Shown piece by piece: positions 18,681-26,048 of a DNA stretch of 64,000 nucleotides; within the stretch, counting starts at the first letter, position 1; each line of letters opens with the position of its first letter. Position numbers and translations under genes: made by a program. The notes beneath the pieces were generated by a model. That model was not told where the DNA came from. It was given only the letters and a program-made list of their open reading frames with translations, and did no database searches. This DNA comes from a virus: the IMG/VR virus record IMGVR_UViG_3300048922_000467, positions 22,454-86,453 of that record, one strand, 5' to 3'.

Positions 18681-19961
18681 ATGAAATTCGGCATTCAGTA
18701 CTCAGCAGCTACTCGACAAGTGAAGAACTGTCAGGCGGCAAGTTTCAGAGAGTTTTACGATAACGTCTTGCAAGCCGAGAGCGTTGTCGAAGAGAAAAGC
18801 GGTCGCACTTTTACGCCCGCGATCTTCAGACATCCTGAGCGATTGATCGAACACACGATGGAGCTATCGATGATCGTGTTGGACGTAGATCAGAAGCCCC
18901 ATGACGACATTATCACCCTGGAAGAGATGGAAGACGCCCTGATCGACATGAACTTCGAGCACTGCATTTATACATCACACAGCAACACTGTCGACTGCCC
19001 GCGCTTCCGCGTTGTAATGCCCCTAGACACCCCAATACAACCCGAGGCATTGCCGGCAGTAGCAGCTGCGGTTATCGAATGCCTAGACGGATTCTTCGAT
19101 GGCCGACTGATCAAGGTTCTCGATCGCTGCTGGCAAGAAGTATCCCGCTGCTACTTCACTTTTATGTCACACCCCGATCGTCGAAGCGCAGCCATGAGCT
19201 TTTATAACCCCGGCAAGCCGCTGTGCTCCCTGGATCTAAAACTCGCTCAAAGCAGCTATGGCCTCGACGTCGAATCCTCTACCCCCGGCAAGCCCCGCAA
19301 GCCAGGCACCGCTGTAGGCGCAGCAGGCCGTAGCTTCGAGCTCAATCGCATCCTGGGTGGCCTGTTCCGCTCAGCCTGCGAAGATCAGATTGTCCAAAAA
19401 ATCCTGGAGGTCGACCAGGAACAGAATCCAGGCAGTGAATACTTCCGGGATCAAAGCTACGCCCGTCACAAACCGCGCCCTGGCGAAACCAAAGACGCAG
19501 CAGCCCTGCGCGCCTGCAAAGCCTGGGTCAGATCCCACTTGAACTGGCTGCGCCGAAAAGCCAAGGGCATCGACACCACGGTCGTGAACCGAAAGGCTCA
19601 GTCCAAAGAGCCAATGCCTACCCACGAAGCCATGATCCGCTTGAAAGACTTTAAGCCCGGCAAGACCAAGGCAGGCGGCGAAACAGCCCTGGCCGAATTC
19701 GAAATCGTGTCTGGTGAGCACGCTGGCCGTCACGTCTGGCACCGGTTTTACGGCCAGGGTAACCACCCAACAGCGATCAAGATCTCCAACGAAATGATCG
19801 AAAAATTCAAGACCGCCGCCAGTCTTCCAACAGCCAGCTTCGACGATGCTTTGAAAGCAAAAGGCGTGATCGTCCACGCCCGGATCAAGCTAAAGGCAGG
19901 GACTGGGGGATTCCCTGATCAAAACGAAATCGGGACGTTCTTCACTCAACCTGTGTCGTGA
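18681..19961 (+). CDS. Primase-polymerase-like protein with C-terminal DUF669-like (SSB-like) domain
   Basis: IVLDVD, IYTSHS, RFRVVMPL; C-terminal KTKAGG...FEIVSGEHAGRHVW...QNEI. Confidence 0.72.
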   Translation: MKFGIQYSAATRQVKNCQAASFREFYDNVLQAESVVEEKSGRTFTPAIFRHPERLIEHTMELSMIVLDVDQKPHDDIITLEEMEDALIDMNFEHCIYTSHSNTVDCPRFRVVMPLDTPIQPEALPAVAAAVIECLDGFFDGRLIKVLDRCWQEVSRCYFTFMSHPDRRSAAMSFYNPGKPLCSLDLKLAQSSYGLDVESSTPGKPRKPGTAVGAAGRSFELNRILGGLFRSACEDQIVQKILEVDQEQNPGSEYFRDQSYARHKPRPGETKDAAALRACKAWVRSHLNWLRRKAKGIDTTVVNRKAQSKEPMPTHEAMIRLKDFKPGKTKAGGETALAEFEIVSGEHAGRHVWHRFYGQGNHPTAIKISNEMIEKFKTAASLPTASFDDALKAKGVIVHARIKLKAGTGGFPDQNEIGTFFTQPVS

Positions 19962-19988
19962 TATGGTCGGCCAGCCTTTGGTGCCATC

Positions 19989-20729
19989 ATGTGCTGGCCC
20001 CCATCTCACGAGACTTTGGAAATGGATATTCGCTTTTTCTTTGAGCAGCGCCTGGAGTTCATCAAGCAGCTTTATATCAATGGCTCAGCGCCCTTCGAAG
20101 AGCGCATGAGCAAGATCGTGAATGGGGAAGAGCCATTCATTCCACCGTACAGTGAAGATGGAGAGCCACCATTTCAGCTCGAATGGGAGGAAGCTGATGC
20201 ATCGATACAAGTGCTGGGCAGCTCTTGTCTTTCGATGATATCCGCATCACTACACATCTACCTGGTGGCTTGGCAGAACCGTCTAGGGCCTGCTCCAGAT
20301 TGCACAAAGTCTGCATTCAAGAATGGATGGCCAGCAGGGTATCAGGCTTTCTACGAGTCACACGGTTCAGCTAAATTCGACACTGGCCCATTCGATTACT
20401 CACTTGTTTCAGAAATTGTCTTGGCCCGAAACAGCATTCAGCATGACGAATCCCTGACATCCAACACCTTCCGATACAGAGACAGCGACCTCCCGAAGCT
20501 ACCGAGCCCTTTCTTCGTCAGTGACCAAGATAAAGAGCTAGCGAAGCAGATCGATGATGGTGAGAGAAGCTGGCTCTACCCGCCGCGCATTCACATCACC
20601 AAGGAAAAATTCCTACACATGATCTCTGAAATTTCGAATTTGGTTGAGTGGTTGGAAAAGCAAGGCGAGCAAATCCAATATCGGCAGTATCTAGAGCGTA
20701 AGAAACTGCGTGAGAGCAATCAGAGCTAG
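19989..20729 (+). CDS. Hypothetical protein with HEPN-like RX4H motif
   Basis: EIVLARNSIQH; probable start ATG 20022. Confidence 0.75.
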   Translation: MCWPPSHETLEMDIRFFFEQRLEFIKQLYINGSAPFEERMSKIVNGEEPFIPPYSEDGEPPFQLEWEEADASIQVLGSSCLSMISASLHIYLVAWQNRLGPAPDCTKSAFKNGWPAGYQAFYESHGSAKFDTGPFDYSLVSEIVLARNSIQHDESLTSNTFRYRDSDLPKLPSPFFVSDQDKELAKQIDDGERSWLYPPRIHITKEKFLHMISEISNLVEWLEKQGEQIQYRQYLERKKLRESNQS

Positions 20730-20946
20730 ATCATCAAGAAACTCAAGAGCCTCTACCCAGGGGCTTTTTCACGCCCTCACGGATTGACAGCCAACTACTT
20801 TAAGTTATACAGCAGATCACACTATTGCTTTCAAAATGTCGCTTTGACAACCAACTAATCTTAGGTATACGCCTTGACAATCTGTTGTGCGCACAATGAC
20901 TCAATGCCATAATCTAACCATAACAACAAGAAAAAGGAACTCGCCA

Positions 20947-21237
20947 ATGAATTATTTCACAGAACATCTTTCGAACATGTCTATAGAGCGGAAACTTGCA
21001 CGGATTAAGAGCTATCTGAACTTCCTGCAGCTCCCAGGCATCGACCAGACATTCCTGGATTTGCTATTAATGTCCAGAGAGCTTCATCAGTCTTCGATGT
21101 GCCGTGGAGACACAAGTATCATTGACGTTGCGGACTCAATAGATGAGTTTGTACGCAAGACGCTAGATGAAGCTTGCGAACACATTGACCGACCATACCA
21201 CGCAAAGACTTATGAGAACGAATCTACTGGCATGTAA
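20947..21237 (+). CDS. Hypothetical protein (96 aa)
   Basis: ATG 20947 after CATAACAACAAGAAAAAGGA leader and tandem sigma70-like promoters. Confidence 0.6.
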   Translation: MNYFTEHLSNMSIERKLARIKSYLNFLQLPGIDQTFLDLLLMSRELHQSSMCRGDTSIIDVADSIDEFVRKTLDEACEHIDRPYHAKTYENESTGM

Positions 21238-21321
21238 ACCCACCAAACTTTGCACTCAAAAAACCCAGCAGCTTTTGATTTATCCCCACATACAGCACTG
21301 TGGCAGTGGTAATATATAGAT

Positions 21322-21420
21322 GTAGGCAGTTCCTCTCTCTTACTGCCTATGCCTTTATTGTTGTGTGCTGCACCCAATCCCTGGCCGGGCCTCTCTCTCT
21401 CTCCTGGCCGGGGCTTTTTT
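21322..21420 (+). ncRNA. Candidate ~100-nt antisense sRNA complementary to the element's gene leaders
   Basis: Extended -10 TGGTAATAT at 21307-21315; hairpin 21322-21350 with TCCTCTCTCTT loop; seed TTATTGTTGTGTGCTGCA; terminator hairpin 21379-21413 followed by T6. Confidence 0.7.
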
Positions 21421-21645
21421 ATGTTGCCAATTTGTCAATTTCGTTACCATTCGTCAGGAAAGCAATGTGAGAAAGTTGGGGCAGTGTCAGACAACAGCCG
21501 GAATTGCTGGGGTTGCTGGGAGTTGTTGTCTGATACTGGGTGTTAGTACACTTAGTTGATTATTTCCCGACGGTTTACAGGGATATTGATTGCTCTTAGC
21601 CTTGTTCATGTCGGTTGACGACACAACAGAAAAGAGAGCGAAACG

Positions 21646-21867
21646 ATGGGGATGTACGAGCGGATTCCGAATGACCTTATTACTTCAAGCCAGGCGGCTG
21701 AGGTGCTGGGGGTGAGCATCAACACATTGAAGGTCTGGCGCTCCAGAAACCCCAACTTGGGTTACTACAGGGGTCACAACCGCGAGATTCGTTACTCGCT
21801 GAAAGAATGCCAGCAGTACTACCGCCGTTCGTTCCAGCGCGTTGTGCCTGGGTCTGGCGCGCAATGA
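21646..21867 (+). CDS. MerR-like/excisionase-type HTH protein
   Basis: LITSSQAAEVLGVSINTLKVWRS...IRYSL. Confidence 0.85.
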   Translation: MGMYERIPNDLITSSQAAEVLGVSINTLKVWRSRNPNLGYYRGHNREIRYSLKECQQYYRRSFQRVVPGSGAQ

Positions 21868-21936
21868 AGACGCCCTCGGCTCGACAATTTATTATCAAAA
21901 ATGATAGTTTTCTGTGGAGTCAGTCGAGGGTGAGTT

Positions 21937-22470
21937 ATGAATCGAAAGCTGCTGCTGGAATCGTGCAGAACGCTGGCAGCTGCCGGGGTGTGGTGCATCC
22001 CTGAATCGACTCTGATCGGGTTTGCGGGGTATCCAGACAAAGCTTACTTCCGCGTTGCCATGGCCAGGCATTTTAGAGCCGGCATCATCGAGAAAATCGC
22101 CCCCAAGCTTTACGCCAATCCCTTCCTGCGCCCACCTGCGGCTGGGCTGTTTCGCTTAACCAATTTTCTAAGGCCATTGGACAGCTTTTATCTGAGCTGT
22201 GAATCGGTGCTCAGTGAGCATGGTTGGATCAGCCAGCTGCCTTTCTGCCTGACCTTCGTTACTACTGGCCGAAGCTATCGATACAGCACGTTGCTGGGTG
22301 ACATCGACTTCGTGCACACCGAAGAAGACCCCGCAACCTGGTTAGGCCATCTGCAGCGAAATGAAGACCGTCAGGTATGGGAGGCGTCCCCTGAGAGAGC
22401 CCTGGCCGACCTGCAGCGCTACAAGCGCAACCTTGATCTCGTCCTGCCCGAATCCGAGCGCCCGCAATAG
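21937..22470 (+). CDS. AbiEi-family antitoxin-like protein (orphan)
   Basis: YLSCESVLSEHGWISQ, VTTGRS, ASPERALAD. Confidence 0.8.
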   Translation: MNRKLLLESCRTLAAAGVWCIPESTLIGFAGYPDKAYFRVAMARHFRAGIIEKIAPKLYANPFLRPPAAGLFRLTNFLRPLDSFYLSCESVLSEHGWISQLPFCLTFVTTGRSYRYSTLLGDIDFVHTEEDPATWLGHLQRNEDRQVWEASPERALADLQRYKRNLDLVLPESERPQ

Positions 22471-22524
22471 CCTCTCGCGGCGCCATGGCTTATTATCCCC
22501 GATATTTAGATCCGGGGCCTCGAC

Positions 22525-23508
22525 ATGCCAAAGCCATCTGCCATTGAGCTCAAGCGCAACCAGCTTGCCCGACTCAAAGCCAATCTCGACGAGTGCGGCT
22601 TTCGCTTGGCCGAGCCATTGGCAGCAGAAGACCCGCACACAGCTATTTTGCGCGCAAACGCGCTGTCCCAGCGCCTTAGCCTGGGGATGCTCATCTCAAG
22701 GGGTGGTGAGACGAAAGCCTCTCTCTCTAAGCAGCTTGCGCAGCTTCCCGCAGTGCATGACGTGTTCGCGTTTCAGAAAGCCCCGGAAGTCCATCTGCGC
22801 GTTGGAAAGATCGCAAAGTCGGATGAACAAGCCTACGTCGAAATGGTTGCTGAATTCACTCGCGAGCTTGAGGAGCTGAATGGCTTTGAGGTCGAGCAGG
22901 GAGAGGAGATATCAACACCTGAGTCGATATCCCAAAGGATCGAGTCAGCGCCAAAAATTGGCAGGCCATCAAAGACCCCTCTCGAAAATCTAGATCGGGG
23001 CTTGGCAGAAAACTACGGCATAGCCCGCCTTGCTTTAGCGAAAGCCATGATCAACGAAGAGAATCCGAGATCGATGGGCCGCCCTGCACGGACAGTGGCT
23101 CAGGTTGAGGCGGACTACGCCCAGCGCAAACAGGATCTGGACACCTCGATCACTGACCTAGAGTCCAAGCTCAAGGGTGTGGAAATCCATGATCGGGCCA
23201 GCAAGATATACCGAGACGTTCTGGCTCAATTCAAACGGCTAGTGAAGGAGCTGGGAGGCGTAGACCAGATCGAAGCCAGGTCAGAAGTCACGCGCCTGGA
23301 AGGCCATCTGAAATTCCTGAAGCAGGATCGAAAGCGCTACATCGAACTCGGCGAGCCCGACTTGCCCTTGGAGCACCATAACTCCCCACGCCACCACCTG
23401 TTGTCAGCAAAAGCAGAGCTGGCAGCAGTTCGCGACGTATACGACCAGCTGACGCTTCCGAGAGAGATCAAGCGCCTGAAAGACATCGAGGCCAGGAAAG
23501 CCAAGTAG
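22525..23508 (+). CDS. Hypothetical coiled-coil protein with two GRP motifs
   Basis: 327-aa ORF containing KIGRPSK and MGRPAR. Confidence 0.75.
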   Translation: MPKPSAIELKRNQLARLKANLDECGFRLAEPLAAEDPHTAILRANALSQRLSLGMLISRGGETKASLSKQLAQLPAVHDVFAFQKAPEVHLRVGKIAKSDEQAYVEMVAEFTRELEELNGFEVEQGEEISTPESISQRIESAPKIGRPSKTPLENLDRGLAENYGIARLALAKAMINEENPRSMGRPARTVAQVEADYAQRKQDLDTSITDLESKLKGVEIHDRASKIYRDVLAQFKRLVKELGGVDQIEARSEVTRLEGHLKFLKQDRKRYIELGEPDLPLEHHNSPRHHLLSAKAELAAVRDVYDQLTLPREIKRLKDIEARKAK

Positions 23509-23940
23509 CCCCTCCAGCTCCAGCCCCCAGTCAGCTTTGTTCCCGAACACCTCGCTGGACGGCTCAAGCCGGGGGCAGCGTTGGTCGCGGCTAGAGCCAG
23601 ATCGACAGAATGTACAAGATGATCAGCAGGTTGAACCCGTTGCGACACAGATTTTTAATCGTAGTCATTTCTCGCCCCTGCCGACATATTATGGCAGTTA
23701 TTAACTCACAGGTTCAGATCTAAATCAAGCTCAATGCCCCAGTTTTGCTGGGCATTTCACGTATGTCTCTCGTACCTACCTGCATTAGTACACTAAGTTT
23801 ACTTTCAGTATATTGCCAATTTGTCAATTGTTTTCTCTGATAATTCCGACGAACGGCATTGCCAAGATCTCGATTTGCCAACATATTGATGTCAGACGGG
23901 CTGCGCAGTGTCGCCCGATTTGAAGACTGGGCAGAGTGAG

Positions 23941-24231
23941 ATGAATGCGTGTGTGAGGGTCGAAGACATTGAGGTAGCCATTGACAGGGCAGCTGCAGAG
24001 CGCGAGCGTGCGAGGCTGGCTGAGTCGCTGGGCTATTGGACAGAGAGCCAGGTTGCGATGCTGGCGGGCGTTAAAAAGTCGACGCTAGAGTCCTGGAGGA
24101 AGCGAGCGAAAGGGCCCGACTCTATTCTCTTCGGAAACGAGCCCCTTTACTCGATTGCAGACGTTAAAGGCTATTTCGACAGCCTTGCTCAAGCCAAATC
24201 AGACCGTAGTCACATCCGAGCCGCGTTGTGA
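23941..24231 (+). CDS. HTH protein, probable excisionase/recombination directionality factor
   Basis: ESQVAMLAGVKKSTLESWRKRAKGP; convergent with and overlapping the integrase 3' end. Confidence 0.75.
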   Translation: MNACVRVEDIEVAIDRAAAERERARLAESLGYWTESQVAMLAGVKKSTLESWRKRAKGPDSILFGNEPLYSIADVKGYFDSLAQAKSDRSHIRAAL

Positions 24232-25290
24232 ACGATCCTCGCTTGCACGGCGAAGAGCTTTCCTCCGCTCCTGCAGGTGGACTGACTCGGGATTGATGTG
24301 TGTATATCGACGCAGAGTCTTCCAATCTTTATGGCCAGTGAAAAGCGCTACGGATTCGATATCAAGCTCGCGGGCAAACAGATCTGTCGTTGCTGTGTGC
24401 CTCAGGTCATGAAAACGCAGATCCTCGATACCAAGGGCTTGGCAAGCCCTGGTAAACGAAGCACTCACTGAACGATGGTTGTAAGGGAAGAGCTGACCTC
24501 GCCTCCTGCTTCCCATGGCTTTGAGAATCGGCTCCACAAAGTCATCAAGAATCGGAACAACGCTGTGGTTGCCCTTCTTGTCAGTGGGGTGCTTTCTATC
24601 TCTTACCACCATCACGCGACGTTCTAAGTCGACATCCTCAATACTCAGCGCACAGATTTCTTCCTGGCGCAGCGAAGTTAGAGTTGCGAACTCCATGACA
24701 GCAATCATATCAATCTGAGCGCGTTGCATTTTCCTGTAGTGTCCAGCCAGCTTCTCGATTTCCTCTGGTGAAGCGACTCTCGTTCGCTCTGTCGATCGAA
24801 CCCTCAATCCCCTCTGTTTCAATGACCTTTTAACATCAACAGTGATATCCGGGTTGACGTTCAACTTGCGAACATAGCGAGCCCAACTTAAGACCGTCCG
24901 GAGATAGGCTAGGTCGATGCTGATTGTCACTCCGCCAGCGCCATCCTTTACGCGTCTGTCGACGAAATCACGTACGATGGCCTCTGACAGAGATCTCAGC
25001 TTCACATGACCAATCTTGCGCTTGAATGACTTCAGCACAGCGGCCTTGTTCTTGCCGAAAGGCTTCACTCCACCAACATCTTCTTCGTACCGGACAATCA
25101 GATCCTCCAGATTTGCGTCCTTGTGTGGATCTATGTACTCGCCCGTGCTGGAGAGCTTGAGCTGCTGCTCGATCTCTTTCGCCCACTTCCTGGCGGTTTT
25201 TTCGAGATCGAAGGTCTGTGCCCTGTAGAATCCTCCAATCCTGACCTGAGCGCGGGTCTTGCCCGAAGGGAGTCGTGTAAATGTCGCCAT
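24199..25290 (-). CDS. int: Tyrosine integrase (dusA-associated type)
   Basis: SLRQEEI, FHDLRH, TGHKDWKTLRRY; clearly homologous to 62858..64000; start MATFTRLPSG at 25290. Confidence 0.93.
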   Translation of the reverse strand: MATFTRLPSGKTRAQVRIGGFYRAQTFDLEKTARKWAKEIEQQLKLSSTGEYIDPHKDANLEDLIVRYEEDVGGVKPFGKNKAAVLKSFKRKIGHVKLRSLSEAIVRDFVDRRVKDGAGGVTISIDLAYLRTVLSWARYVRKLNVNPDITVDVKRSLKQRGLRVRSTERTRVASPEEIEKLAGHYRKMQRAQIDMIAVMEFATLTSLRQEEICALSIEDVDLERRVMVVRDRKHPTDKKGNHSVVPILDDFVEPILKAMGSRRRGQLFPYNHRSVSASFTRACQALGIEDLRFHDLRHTATTDLFARELDIESVALFTGHKDWKTLRRYTHINPESVHLQERRKALRRASEDRSQRGSDVTTV

Positions 25291-25293
25291 GCC

Positions 25294-25379
25294 CGTGTGC
25301 ACCCCGTGTGCAAAATCGTCTAGACATATTATGGACACTATTTAGACCGTTCAAGCCCTTCGTGTGCACCCCGTGTGCA
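25294..25379 (+). repeat. 19-bp direct repeat, probable integrase arm-binding sites
   Basis: CGTGTGCACCCCGTGTGCA at 25294-25312 and 25361-25379, between int and the att junction. Confidence 0.7.
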
Positions 25380-25417
25380 CCAGCTGCACAAATCACGGTA
25401 AAATAACTCAATTTGAA

Positions 25418-25501
25418 TTGCAAAATATCCTTATGAATCAACAAGTTATGTCGCGCAAATTTTCCGTTGCGCCGATGATGGATCGGGTCGATCAAAAATG
25501 A
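25418..25501 (+). pseudogene. dusA: Truncated dusA 5' fragment / att junction between the two elements
   Basis: Reads LQNILMNQQVMSRKFSVAPMMDRVDQK*; FSVAPMMD is the DusA N-terminal signature; homology stops after MMD. Confidence 0.85.
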
Positions 25502-25682
25502 TGAACCATTAGATACTGGGTATTGGGGAGACCTGGTGTTTTGCTGTAGCAAAATCTCAGCAAATTTGAAAAGGTGATTTCGTAAATTATCAAGCAGAAG
25601 TGCTATCCCAGGCCGACATTGCGAGTACTCCTTCAGGCACAACTCGTCAGCTCGTTCTTAGTGATCCCGGATTGAATCCTTA

Positions 25683-25698
25683 CTGTACACAAATACAG
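25683..25698 (+). promoter_or_regulatory. LexA (SOS) box at prophage end
   Basis: TACTGTACACAAATACAGTA. Confidence 0.75.
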
Positions 25699-26048
25699 TA
25701 TTAGCTGGGCCTCATCATGGACACCGACATACCCGGCTTCGAGCTTAGTAATGCCGATCCTCAATAAACTGCTTCAGTAGCAGAGCCACCTGCGCTGCAT
25801 TTTTAGCTCTCAAGTTTCGACTTTTGAGAGATTCCTACACATGTAAACGCGCGAACGGATGGCTAAACTTAATATTTAAAGTAAGCGATCACCAAGGCAA
25901 AATAAAAAATTTTTGTGTACTTGGCTAGCGCCGACTATACTATCTAGAGTATATCGCGCCAGAAGCAATAACTAAGAATTAACCCCAGAACCCACAGATT
26001 CTTTCTTATGATAATCCAGCATCGAACCTAAGAATTAGAGGCAGTGAA

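Larger units (their letters stand above)
1..25483. mobile_element. Phage-like/satellite-like integrative element targeting dusA (left end outside window)
   Basis: Integrase next to a dusA 5' fragment; replication, terminase, portal and scaffold genes; shared leader and operator motifs throughout; no tail genes in the window. Confidence 0.8.

Noticed and set aside
21322-21420. The sRNA locus read as a minus-strand gene leader
   Set aside because: No ORF follows on the minus strand (the next ATG stops after three codons), while promoter and terminator both point plus
5300-23530. TAGCCCC plus C-rich tracts after three stop codons (5341-, 8890-, 23506+)
   Set aside because: Short and low-complexity; could be Rho-loading sites but not distinguishable from chance
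24968-25642. 224-aa minus-strand ORF across the att junction
   Set aside because: Spans two elements and overlaps int out of frame; no recognisable motifs
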